A stretch of DNA of 64,000 nucleotides from Chrysomallon squamiferum (Eukaryota; Animalia; Mollusca), in assembly GCA_012295275.1 (NCBI GenBank), contig CM022671.1, positions 32,922,001-32,986,000 of the forward strand, in the 5' to 3' direction. Positions 42,644 to 55,859 of the stretch are shown here, in pieces. The translations under genes were made by a program, and so were the position numbers. The stretch's first letter is position 1. Each line of letters begins with the position of its first letter. The notes under the pieces are model-generated. The model did no database searches. It saw only the letters and a program-made list of their open reading frames with translations, and had not been told where the DNA came from.

Positions 42644-43144
42644 ATGAACTCGCGTGCTCAGCAACTTATTTCACATTACAAAATGAAGCCGCATCCTGAA
42701 GGCGGCTATTTCGCGGAAGCCTACAAATCCAATGAAGTTATCAAGCGCGGCAATCTACCGCATCGTTTCGGCGGTGACCGGGTATTCATGACCTCAATCT
42801 ACTTCCTGTTTGCAGGAAATAGTGTATCAAAACTACACAGGCTGAAATCAGACGAATTGTGGCACTTTTACGAAGGAAGTGCTATTCACATCCACGTGTT
42901 TAAGCCGAACGGTGAACACAGCGTCCACCAGCTTGGAATCGACATAACAAACGGCGAATCGAGCCAGGCGGTTATCCCTTGGGGCTGTTGGTTTGGTTCA
43001 CTGCTCACTGATCCGTCGTCATACGCTTTTGTCGGCTGCGCCCTTTCACCCGGGTTTGAAATTGAGGATTTTGAATTTGCTAATCGCGAGCAAATGTTAG
43101 CTCAATATCCAAAATACAAAGCTATTATAGAAAGGTTTTTTTAA
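42644..43144 (+). CDS. Cupin-superfamily protein, DUF985/Cupin_5 (YML079W-like), 166 aa, intronless CDS
   Basis: Family motifs PHPEGGYF.E, TSIYFL, HRLKSDELWHFYEG, QAVIP.G.WFGS, VGC..SPGFE.EDFE. A splice acceptor TTTTCAG at 42619 lies in the 5' UTR, and an in-frame TAA at 42632 fixes the start. Confidence 0.92.
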   Translation: MNSRAQQLISHYKMKPHPEGGYFAEAYKSNEVIKRGNLPHRFGGDRVFMTSIYFLFAGNSVSKLHRLKSDELWHFYEGSAIHIHVFKPNGEHSVHQLGIDITNGESSQAVIPWGCWFGSLLTDPSSYAFVGCALSPGFEIEDFEFANREQMLAQYPKYKAIIERFF

Positions 43145-43949
43145 AAAATCATCCTTAACGGTTTTCGATTTCCAGGTGATATAAAACTGTCAAAAACTAA
43201 AGTAATCAATGACCATCAGTACTTATTTATTTACTCGCTTTCCAAAATGCAGAAGTTTTGGTGAATAATTTACTTGATAATTATATTTCTTGTCTAGTGT
43301 CCAGAGTACAAAAAAATGAACTTAATGATCATTAATACTTGTTTCTGGTTCAATTTTCAAAATCAAAATTGGTTTCACAAAAATTAACTTGATAATCACT
43401 TTTGCTATCGTTATTTCAAAAGTGAATATGATAATTAATATCTAGCCCTGTTTCCAAGTTAAACAAAGCTATAACAAAAACAATTTGCTTGAAATATATA
43501 TATTTTTTCTGATCTCTTATTAATACAAGATCTTTATTACATGCATATTAGGAAAATATTTATATCTAATTGGAAATGGTAGCTGATCTTTTTTACAAGT
43601 TGATCATTATCACATTAATGTTAATCTTAGCCTATTGCGAGAATAACCTTAGTACTTTTCTTCTTTTTTAAATCTTTACTAGCAGAAGCTATGCACAATT
43701 ATGCAAATATTCAACAAAAGCATAATTAAAAAGGGTCAATTTAATAAACCGTATAGCAGTTTTAATGTCATAAATACGGTGATAAAATCCCCCAAAATCT
43801 AGAAATGTAAACGTATATATCCACGTAGAAAATACTAATATCGGGTTTGGAAAATAGTGTACTACTTTTTTTTAAAGTAGTAAAATAAATTACATTATTT
43901 TAAAGCTGTTATATACTACATTTAATTATTTTATTGTTTTTATTATTTC

Positions 43950-44430
43950 TGTATTTTTTTTATTTAACTTGTTATTTTGATTTCTTTTGTTTTTATTTAG
44001 AATTTTAATTTGTTAAAAATTTTCAAAATATTCAGTGTTTATATTTGATACTTTTACAACCAAGAAATGTGTTCAAGAAACGTTTAACTGTATTTATTTA
44101 TTTTATTGTTGTTCATTGTCAATTTATGTATTATTTACTTAATTTGTTATTTTGTTTTTCTTTATAATATTAATTTGTTGGGACTTTTAAGAATATTCAT
44201 TTGTTTATGTTTGACTGTTCTTGCAGCCAAGACACTTTTAAATATATATATTTATTTATTTATTTATTTATTTTATTATTGTTACTTTATGTATTGTTTA
44301 CTTAATTTGTTATTTTGTTATATTTTGCTTTTCTTTATAATATTAATTTGTTGAAATGACTTAAAATATTCGGTATGTTTATATTTTAATACTGTTGTTA
44401 CCAAGACCTGTTTTCTAGGAAATCATTTAA
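43950..44430. repeat. Degenerate triplication of a unit of about 170 bp
   Basis: AATATTC..GTTTAT.TTT..CCAAGA near 44028, 44192 and 44366; TTTCTTTATAATATTAATTTGTTG occurs twice. Confidence 0.6.
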
Positions 44431-44704
44431 TGTTTTATTAATATAATTTTTATTTATATATTTATTTATATATTTATTTATATTATATTATATTATACAG
44501 ACAGTATAATATATATATGTATGTGTGTGTATTTATATATATTTTAATTGTTATTGTCATATTAAACCGCCAGATACCAGTGAAAAAAGAATTCTATACA
44601 GGAATTTTAAGAATTTTATCTAATTTAATAACGAATCAAACAGACCCAGCTTTAGAACTGTATTAAATAGTAAACGTTAAATACAACGTCATTCATTTTT
44701 AAAA

Positions 44705-44741
<37 letters not shown>

Positions 44742-45565
44742 GTAAAGATTTAGATATATATCGAACTACCCCCTGTCCCAAGTCTGCCGGATAAATGATT
44801 GAGTGCCTGTAATATTATCATGTAATCGATGTAACAGCTTTGCTCAATTATCCACGAAAATAAAATTAATTGATGAGATGATGTGACTGGTTATCTGTTT
44901 GATTATCGCTTAATAATATTCATACTAAATATACAATGTAGGTAACCCTTGTTTAACTCATCATTACTGATTTTAACAATCTGTTCATGCAAGCCACCAG
45001 CGCTTTCTAAAAATGTACTCCATAACGATGTCTACGAAGAGTAAAGTTTGTTTGCTGCAAATTCAAGAAACAGTTTTTATGCTGCTGCAATATTTAGGGA
45101 GAGAAAAAAGCTAAAACCACTCAGACTACTCTTGAACTTTTTTTTTCTTTAAACGCATATTAAACATGGTTAAAACTACTACTTTGTATTTTACTTTCCT
45201 TACACGATAAGTAAATATAGTCAGTATTCGATCAGTTATAATTTTTATCATTAATTATTAAATCTTATTAATTCGATTTCGACGTACGCGGTGACTTCGA
45301 TAGGTTGATTAGTTAATCGCGTTAATAATGGGATACCTGTATAGGCTGTTTTTAAATGGAACAGATATACATATATGTAGATGTGTATACTTGGAAGGAA
45401 TTGTCTTGGTTTCTATAGCAGTAAACTCTGGTTCGCAGATGTGAAGATGGAACAACCATAGCGACAAAACTGTATTAGCATGTGTCAAAGTAAAAACAAA
45501 TGTATTACGCTATTTTGACGTCACAGTTACGTCTGTTTAAATCAGTAGATGCCGGAAGGAGAAAA

Positions 45566-45699
45566 ATGAATGACAAATATAAAAAGTTAATAGAATCATC
45601 AGCGACATACTAATTAACAATATCATTCTGTCAGAAACATTTTATGCCCTGTTTTTAAAACAGAAGGTTTTTCCAGAAGAAATGCGTAAAGATGTCAAG
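45566..45699 (+). pseudogene. Frameshifted paralogous copy of the first CARD exon (pseudo-exon, or alternative first exon with a sequence error)
   Basis: Reads MNDKYKKLIE..SDILINNIILSETFYALFLKQKVFPEEMRKDVK|GTACGT, 21/45 aa identical to exon 52436-52570 with the same phase-0 donor. It is 134 nt instead of 135, i.e. 1 nt is missing between about 45581 and 45600. Confidence 0.75.
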
Positions 45700-47147
45700 G
45701 TACGTATTTTTCATTTACCCCCCCCCCACCCAGAAAAACAAAAATAAAGGATCGATGAAGTTGCTCTCTCTAAAAATCGCTTACAAAAGTATATCTTTTA
45801 TTTTCTGGTGCAGTTGAGTTTCTAAGTATTTAAAACGTGTGAAAAAAGACATTATTCTCAATGTATTCATGCGTAACAAATTATATTTATTTCAACAAAA
45901 CAACAAACGACAACAAAAACATGAACTTTGTTTAATAGGGATATAAAATTTAACACTGAAACATGTTTCGGTTTCACCCTAATACACAGAAGCTATGTGA
46001 TACCCCGAACACCCACTCTCTTCCATGGCTTGTACATACTTTGTTGATGGCCCTTAAGAATTTTTATTATTATTATTATTAATATTTTTATTTTTTTTAC
46101 CTTTATGTTAATGTTAATTGAAAAAATATACCCATCAGTTTAATCTTCAGACGTATGTGTACAAGAATTCTGGCTGCATAGTTAACAACTGAAAGGAATA
46201 TGCGCACCTGATTTATATATTTCAGACTTAACAACCACAATATGTTTAATTGTGTTATAAAATCAGCCCAGTACGTTTCACAAAAATAATTTTACAGGTT
46301 TTCATCACAAATAATATTTTCACACACACGCTCGGGCTACATGGTTTTTTGTTTTCTTTTTATTTTCAAAATGTTTATACCTTTTACTCGGCCAAACGCT
46401 ACGTGCTCAGATGGCATAAATAACTGTAAAACTGTCATAAATGTCCTTTGGTCATTTAACGCCTTACAAAGGACTGACTTATCAGTGACCTTCGGAGGTA
46501 GAAATATTGTTTTTATTGATCTTTTTAGCCAATAAACAGGTGTACTTTATTTTTTTCCTGATCTCGTTGATCTCGCCAAATTATGTTCATTTACATAACG
46601 CGGTGTGAACTATAAATCTTTGTTGATACTGAATCTGTTGGCGTAAAATATTACGCATGCGCAGCTTAATACATACATATATAATTACATACATACATAT
46701 ATATGTATATACTTAGGCTAAAAGCATGTTTGTAGGTGTGTTGTTATCATGACGTTTACAAATATTGAATTTTAATTTAAAATATAACATTATATTTATT
46801 TATAGGTTTTTTTTAACTCACATATTCGTTTTACATTCAACACATCCCTTTCATGTTAGTCAGTGTGTTTGTCTGGATTTAAGTAAATATATTGATCGCC
46901 GGTGTCTGTTTGTTTCTGTCAGGCTGCGTGGGTTTTTTCTTTGTATCTCCGGTTCAGTGACGTTTTTTAATACAGAGACTCCAAGTTATCACGTTAGTTT
47001 ACGTTTATAAATATTTTAGACACTGTTGGATAGCTATTATCTTTTTGTTTATTTTATTTTATTTATTTATTTATTATAATTAATTTTGGTTCATTATTAT
47101 TTTATGGAGAGAGAGAGAGAGAGAGAGTTTTGTTGATAATTGTCATG

Positions 47148-47191
<44 letters not shown>

Positions 47192-47750
47192 TTATTTTTG
47201 TTTTGCAACTGGTATTTCTTTAATTTTAAAATCGTTTAAATTTGTTGTAAATGATTAAGAAACATGAAGCAAGGTTTATTCTGTCATGAGATGTTGTTTC
47301 ACAGGCAACGTGATTGCCTGGACTGACACCTGAAATAAATATCTGAGTACACTAATTTAGATAAACATTTGCCGAGTGTGTTTACATAAAAACTCGTGAT
47401 ACTAGTTTAATGGACTAGGAATAGATAAATATTTGTTTAACAACATCTCAACACATTTTAAAAAGAATTGTTGTTAAGTGTCGAATCTATGAAATTTAAT
47501 GTGTGTGTGTTTTAATTATACGTAATAACAGAAAGACGAAAAACATGCAAACATTATAAATATGTTCTAGTTCATAGTAATGGATCTCTGTTATGCAATG
47601 AATATATAAGTTTGTGAAAAAAAAATATAATTGTCTTTTTCAATCGAAGCCAATCAGTGAATCGACCTATGTGCTGACTGATCATACTCTGATTATATCT
47701 ACTGAAGTCAGTGTATATTTCTTTAGCAATAGCACATTCATAGGTTAATT

Positions 47751-48210
47751 AATTAATATGCAAGAGTTAACGTCTGCATTTAATTAATATGCAAGAGATA
47801 ATGTCTGCATTAAATTAATGTCAATGTCAGCTTAAAGTTAAGAATTAATGTCTGAATTAAGTTAACATACAAAGATTAATGTCTGCAATGCGTTAATCTG
47901 TAAGATTAATAACTACAGACAGTTAATACAAGGAATAAGTTAAAGTATGGGAGTTAACTCAATAGAAAGTTAATAATTTACAAATAAATACATAAAAGTT
48001 TATCCAGTTTTCAGTTGATGTTGCATACAAATTTATTTAGTGTTAAACTGACATAGAAGAGTTAATGTCGCGTTATATTAACATGCATGATTAATGTCGA
48101 CATTTCATCACAATACATAGTTAATGTCAGCTTTTACCTTAATACGTATAAAGTTAATGCCCAGTAAATTAATCTATAAAAGTTAATCTGAGCATTAAGT
48201 TAATATGTAA
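47751..48210. repeat. Degenerate tandem repeat, about 31-bp unit
   Basis: AATTAATATGCAAGAGTTAA(C/T)GTCTGCATT and decayed variants. Confidence 0.6.
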
Positions 48211-48440
48211 AAGAGCCATTGGCGGAAATTAGGCAAGTTTAATTTAGTAGCGAACTATCTGATTGATGCCCTGAAATATGCACGAATGTCATTAAGAATT
48301 AAACACACATGCCCTGAATTCAGGAAATCAGACTTCTGTTAATGCATCTTTTAAAAATACAAGATATTGCAGGGCTACAATTTCTGATGAATTTAAATAT
48401 ATGTCATATTTATGTGTGTGGGTGTATATGTATGTAATTA

Positions 48441-48500
<60 letters not shown>

Positions 48501-48503
<3 letters not shown>

Positions 48504-48638
48504 TTGTGTGAATAATATTATATATCCTATTTCATGGTTTTGTGAAGTGTTCGTTTATTGTTTGTTTTTTTTGTATAAAATGTCTATAAAGAGTTATTCT
48601 GACCTTAAAGTTAAATATATATATATATATAACGTTGT
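48501..48638. repeat. Block of about 135 bp duplicated at 55536-55670
   Basis: AACTTGTGTGAATAATATTATATATCC...CTATAAAGAGTTAT.CTGACC.AAAGTTAAATATAT...AACGTTGT in both copies, each directly after an (AAT)n run. Confidence 0.85.
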
Positions 48639-48812
48639 GTATATTTATGTGTGTGGGTGTATATGTATGTGTGTATGTGAGTGTGTGTGTTTGTGTGGGT
48701 GTATGCAATATATATGTATGTATGGGACGTACGTATTTGTATGTGTGTAAATGAAATTCATGATTGTATGTGTGTGTATGTATGTATGTATGAATGTGTA
48801 TATATATATATA

Positions 48813-48852
<40 letters not shown>

Positions 48853-48854
48853 TA

Positions 48855-49230
48855 CAGTGTACCTCGAATTACGAGTTCCCCAACTTTCGAGTTTTTCGTG
48901 TTTTACCAACGAGTAGTCGCCCGGTCGATTTTTTGCTTTTAGTTGCAAGTCAAAACCCGAGTTACGAGCGAGCTTCAGATACACTGTCGCTAGTTGGCGC
49001 AACGACCAACATAACATCCGACCAGCATTCCGCATGTCAGTCGTTTACTTCGTGTGGTTACCTCGCCGCAGAAACATCTCAGTCGTGTTATGCTTGCGTT
49101 TTGCGCAGTATTTTGCCAAATTTATTTTTTTAGCCATAGATCCTAAGAAAGTGAGTGCAAAGGCAGTGCTGAGAAAAAGAAGCGGATATCTATTGAATTA
49201 AGGCTTGAATTCATACAGAAGCTGAAGGAG
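48855..49230 (+). mobile_element. Degenerate 5' fragment of a Tigger/pogo-like DNA transposon
   Basis: TA followed by a TIR-like start CAGTGTACCTCGAATTACGAG. At about 49136-49230 there is a decayed, frameshifted transposase-like N-terminus (PKKVSAK..AEKKKR..SIELRLEFIQK). No 3' TIR found. Confidence 0.6.
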
Positions 49231-50777
49231 TCGATAAAGGCTGTAATTCCAGCCAAAGGCGTTAAAATAATTTGTCTGATCTCCAAGAAAAATACACTTT
49301 ACAAAACCAATTTATTTCTTTACATTCTCTTCTTTTTTTTTTTTTTTTTTTTTTATACAATATTTGTCATTTATAAATACATTTTTCTTTAAAAAAAAAA
49401 AATAAATAAAACAACACGTTAAAAAAAATTAAAGTCAAGGTATATATGTGTGTGTGTGTGTGTGTGTGGGTGGGTGGGTGTCTTTATGTACTGTGTTATT
49501 TAAGAGAGAATAATTCAAGCATGCCTGATATCGGCAAATCTTTGATTTCTTCAGTGTTCACGATCTTCTACATTCGACCCTCGTGTTTTTTAACTACACA
49601 CACGGATATTATACTCATTGCATAATCCTAACCAAGTGTTAATTACACAACAAGATTTGCTAAGTCTTGTATAACAGTACTTGTATTCGCGGTTAATCAG
49701 TTCAAAATAAGTATCTGTAAATATGCGGTTACGTGAGGGAAGCAGGAGGCGCGCGACCCACCCCTGTTAACTGCGATAAATATTGTGTTTGCTTCTCTTT
49801 TTATTTATTTCCTTCTTCTTCTTTTCTTCTTTCATAATTATAAATGAAATTTATTTCGTCTTGAAAATTTGAAAACACATTAAATACGGCAGCCCCACGT
49901 TTTTTTTTTTTTTTTTTTTTATCAGTTCTGGTTCCTCCTCTGGTGTCGACTGTGTGATGTTTTACACTAAAGTAATATGTGCCACCTGCCACTCAAATGT
50001 CAAACTGAAGAAACTAAAACTATCACACCTATTCGTGTGTACCATACGTGTAACATACGGCGTGGGAATTCAGCCATTCATAATCACTACTCTGTTTCTT
50101 TTTACCTTTGGGTGTCTGAAAATACACGCATAATACGTGTAAGCTAAGACGAACTGACAGAAAGACGGCTTAAGTTAGCAGTCTGTCACATGTAACTGTC
50201 TTTAGCTAACAAACAGAAAAATCAACGTAATGGTGAGGGATTTCGCTGAAATAGTAAACCCCGCAGGATCGTTTCTTTGCAGATTAAAATATTAATTAAG
50301 AAATGAAGCCTAGAGTGGTCTACAGGACGCTGGATCGACTCCAGGAAGATAACGTGAAAGTATTCATTTAGATTAGAAATTCGGATTATGCTCAATTAGA
50401 GATATATATTATCACGTAGTATATATATATAAAACGGTTCAAGGACATTGTGTCAAAATATCAGTAGTCAGAATGTCGGCTATTGAATTGGTACCTAGGT
50501 GAAAATGTCAGTTTTTTAAACTATATTTTTGGAAATAATTAGCTAAATTATACTTATATGAGTTCTACCAATCAATAACATATTCAGCTCTTTATATAAA
50601 ATTATACGTCATTTGTCTCAACCCTATATTCATAAACATATAAATTAGGTTAGCCATTAACAAACAAGAAAACAAGAACATTTATCATTATTTCACGTAA
50701 ATCTGTTGTACTGTATTTATTAGAACCTACATAACTACCTCCAAATATGCCTGTCAACCAAACTATTCCAAGCACAC

Positions 50778-50827
<50 letters not shown>

Positions 50828-51112
50828 ACATTCATATTCATACATGCATATGTCAGGAAATTCATACGTTAAAAATATATTCAGTAATATGTAATAATTC
50901 AGTCAGGAGAATCAACTTTTTTTTTTATATATGTGTTAATATAAATCCCTTGTAAAATAAAATACCCATACCCACGATAACCGATTAATTATGTTCCTTT
51001 ATCCGATTCAAACTACAGTTCTTAACTATAAAATTTGACACGTTGACTGATACTACACAATAATTGTCCACTCTTATTATGTACGTAAACATACTCAGAA
51101 CTGAATTTGTAT

Positions 51113-51170
<58 letters not shown>

Positions 51171-52435
51171 TGTGTGTGTGTGTTCTTTCTTGCATCCCAT
51201 ACAAACAAAATTACTCTGACATCTATGTAACATTAAAAGCGATTTTTTCTGACATTTCTGACATCCACAAACACGGTAAAAATCCCATTAAACATACCTG
51301 GTTGATTAATTAATAACAATAAAATCAGTGACTGAATCATTCATGTTTAACATACGCTTCATAATTATATCTTTTGGTAACATTATTATGCTGCTAGTAC
51401 TATTACTACTAAACTACTACTGTTGCTGCTGTTGCTTCTACTACTGCTATTTCGACTAATACAGATTATACTTTACTACATTATTACTAGGTAATCACTA
51501 CTGTTATAAAAAAATTAAAAAAATTAAAAGAAAGAAAAAAAGAAATCCGCATGGTTCCAGAACCAAATTTCTAATTTCCTTTGCCTTTTGATCTGCATAT
51601 CCCAGCTCGGTACATCGTAAAATGATTAGCCACAGTTAACATGCTTTATGATAGGTAAATAGGTGCTTGGTACTGCATGCATATATATACAAGGTGAAAC
51701 CAATAGCGAGTTGTTTTTTAAATGTAAATATTACAACATGCAGCGGCGGACTATTATGGAAAACGTAGAGCTTAAGCGAAGCCCTCCTGTCACCAGCTTT
51801 TGATACGGCCGGTTGAAAAGTTCTGGCAGCCTGCGTGATCTCGTAATCTTGGTTAATCCAGATAATAATATGGTCTCTTGTTAATTTTACAAGTGTTTTG
51901 CCTTCGTACAGCTGCTGTGGCTTCCACTTGAGATTGCTGTATTCGCGACGGTGGCGGAGGAAATTAAGTTAGACGATAAGTTTATTGGGTGATCGGATCA
52001 CGAGAGAAACCGACGAGTCATTTTTGTTCTGCGTGCCATTCTGCTAAAACTTCTCGTTAACCTTGCACACAAACTGTCAAATTTTCTTTCGACTTTGTCT
52101 TAACTTTTATTGACTCTAAGAACAAAAACAAAAAACAAAAATTAATTAAATATATATATATATATATATATATACTGTGTACAGTTACTAAATATTTTTT
52201 GATGATTCAAATACTGTGTTTTACAGGAATGGAATATGTTCTCTAAAGTTTCAAGCTACAGCGACAGATAAACAATTATTGCACCAATTTGTAAGGAATA
52301 TATATTTCTGTAAGCAACTAATTTCTCGAACGATTCAGCTGTGTATATTACTGTATGCCACAATGTTCTGACAGTTACAACAGTGTTTCTGGATGCTATA
52401 CAGAATGTGCCGTAAACATGATTTAACGTAGCAAG

Positions 52436-53820
52436 ATGGATCAAAAGTACAGGCTCATTTTGGAAAGGAACAGACAGTTGTTAGTGAACAATATCATTCC
52501 TTCAGAGGAGTTTTTTAACCTGCTCTTCAAAGAAAAAGTTCTTCCGCAAGCAATGCTTAGAGATGTTAAGGTATGTATGTTTATCTGTATATGATAGATG
52601 TATGTTGTATATGTATGTATCTACGTATATTTTTATATATTTATGTGTTTGTTTCTCTACGTATATTATATGTATGTTTGCAGAATTATGTATTTATGTA
52701 TGTACGCATGTATACGTGTATGTATGTATTATGTATCTGACTTTATTACGTTGATGCTTGCCAAAGTAAGAGGTGCATAACATTAATAATTAATGAATGT
52801 TATAGGAATGAGGTTATGGGTTATGTACAAGTAAATATCTTGGATTTATTCCGAATCATTTTTAACTCAAAATTATAACTGTACACTAGGCATCAAGCCT
52901 TTTATATGATAAATAAATACACGTGGTATAAAAGAACAATTAACTGTGATTATTTCAAAAGATCCCATTCATCATTTTAACCTCGTTCAGTTTATACGCA
53001 AATTGGTCTTCTGATGTTTTACGCAATTTCCGGTTATTCGGAGGCTTATTTAAAAGAAAAACAGTAAAATATTGTAGGTCATTGATAAATTTGTTCCCCA
53101 GGAGAAAACAAGTATTGTTCTCTTTGTAAAACAGGCGGAAAAGATCGATGTTGGTGAATGTGTCACAGTATAATGTCCCGAGGTAAAAACTTGGTGAGGA
53201 ATTACTGGACTGATGCCATTCCAGAAATGTATCCTGACCAGCAGTAATTGGCAGCGATTATTTAATGAATGCTGTTTTCTGAAAATATAATTAAATGAAA
53301 TGCGGCGATTCAGACTAAATATTAAGCAAAATAATTATGCTGTTTCGTTTTATATTAGAATTGTTATATTTCACCAACATAATCTTGTTTCATGTTTTCT
53401 TGTTGTTGTTGTTGTTGTTCTTCTTCTTCTTATTATTATTATTATTATCGTCGTCGATGCCGTCATTTTTGTTATTTTGTTGCTGATCATGTAAATTTAA
53501 GTCTATGTGTATGTGTGTGCATAAGTATGTATGTGTGTATGTGTATGGATATGTATGAATGTATATGTATGTATGCCAGAATTATCATCATTATTATCAT
53601 GAGGAAACTATAGATATAATCATCTATTGTTATTTTTTTTCTTTAATTAATTTTTGAGTAATATTTTTTTTTTTTTTTTTTTTTTTCATTTTATATATCA
53701 GTGTCTCAGGACTTAACAAAGATCTGTTAATCAAGCACTGAATAGAAAATGATCACATAACGAGAAACATTGTTACTTTTCCAAAACCAGTGTTTCAAGT
53801 GTCCAGAACAATTTAGTTCA

Positions 53821-53868
<48 letters not shown>

Positions 53869-55478
53869 CTATAAACAATCAAGAGTAAAGCATTGTTTCT
53901 TTTTTGTGTTTTTTTGTTTTGTTTTCGTTTCTTTTTTTTTTTTCTTCTTCTTCTTCTTCCATCAACTTGCGATTTATGGTCAAATAACAGAGAAATAAAG
54001 GTAATATTGTAAATATTGCTAACCATAAAGCATAATGCCTTGGTTATGATTTGGTACTTTATATTCAGAGACGCTACCCTGAACGATTTTCTTCTTCTAA
54101 ACCGGTGCTTTATTTCGTTCAGTGGAACAGAATCTCTACGTGCTCTCATTAGTAAACATCGTCACAATCGATCTTTCACACCAGGGTGATCGTGCGGCTT
54201 ACGAAAATCACAGTATGGCTGTTAATGTAAACTGATATTCATATGTGTGTAAATTCATATGTATGTGTGTGTATATGTATATATATTTATTATGTAAATT
54301 TCTGTGTATATGTATGTGTGTATGCATGTGTATGTATATGTGTACGGGTATGTATGTTTAAATGTATGTATGAGTATATATGTTTAACAGAGTTTGCAAA
54401 TCTTTTTCGTATAAACATGTTGTAGATTTTGGATGTTTTGTTGATTATTTGGAGAGGGTTTTCGTTTTCTTTTAGGTGTTTCTGTCTACACTGTTTATAT
54501 ACATATTTAAGTTTTTAATTTTTTTCCTTTTATTTTTTATTTTATTTTATTTTTTTTTATTTTTAGATTTTTTTTTATTTTTAGATTTTTTTTTTTTTTT
54601 TTTCCCCCCACACTGAATAAATGTATATGGTAGTTACATGTTTAAATTTCATGATATACTGTTAAATGCATCCTGGTTTCACTGGTGTGCGTGTGGTAGT
54701 GGTTCAGTCAGTGCACGTAGACGAAACACTTTGAATAATCGTATGTAATTAGTATTATCTTACCTGTCCCGCACGCAAGCAGCTATTTCAAATATCACAC
54801 TGACGTCTAATCAGTAGCTTCATTAACATATCGAGTACCTACCTACCTCCTCATGCAACCACCAACAAAATAAAAATAGTAATTTTAAAAAAAAGTAAAT
54901 AATTATCATTATTATAAAACTGTGTAAACAGTAATGGGGTAATTGCCACTGATACTGCGCATGTCTTAAAAAATGTTTACCTTGTCGAAAACCTTCTTTT
55001 TTGTGGGATTTTTTTTTTTTTTTTTTCGCTCAGTATATTATTCATCGACACGACTTGCAGTAATATTATGCATGTCAGGAAATTCTATAATGTTAAGAAA
55101 TGTTTGGTTAATAGCCCTGACACCTGAATTGTTGATTGAGTAATGGCAGTGAGTAATATTACTAGTGTGCAGAGACACCTTACTGAACTGAAAGTACTAA
55201 GAAATAACGTAGAAAAAAATAAACCTATATGTTTCTGTGTTAGTCACGTTCTCTGACAAAACCAGGGGGCGTGTCTGTCGCAGACGTGCTTCATAACGGC
55301 TTGCTCTGATCAGGACATTAATTAGTTTCACTCACTCACAGCCAGTATGTTTTACTGCTAAACGTGAAAATAAGGAGAGCCGGCGGTTTGTGTGTTTGCT
55401 TTGGGAGGGGTTGCTTTTCTTTTTCTTTTCATTTTTTTCATTTTTGTTGTTGCCTCCTCCCACCGAAAAATAAAATTA

Positions 55479-55537
<59 letters not shown>

Positions 55538-55821
55538 CTTGTGTGAATAATATTATATATCCAATTTCATAGTTTTGTGAAGTTTTCGTTTATTGTTTTT
55601 GATTTTTTGTATAAACTTTCTATAAAGAGTTATCCTGACCTCAAAGTTAAATATATATTTATAACGTTGTCATACACAGGATTTGCAAATTATGATTACA
55701 GCACTTGTCCAAAATTATTCATTTTATATGGGTTGATTTTGTTTTATATTTGTTGTTGTTGCTGTTGTTGTTTTGCGAGGAGGGTGTTGTTATTATTATT
55801 ATTATTTATGTTGTTGTTGTT

Positions 55822-55859
<38 letters not shown>

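Noticed and set aside
49231-49270. KAVIPAKG resembling a Tc1 transposase C-terminus
   Set aside because: Too short to support a separate element.
51637-51970. Stop-free minus-strand frame of about 110 codons (FLRHRREYSNLKWKPQQ...)
   Set aside because: No ATG, no convincing acceptor and no homology recognised; more likely promoter/UTR sequence of the CARD gene.
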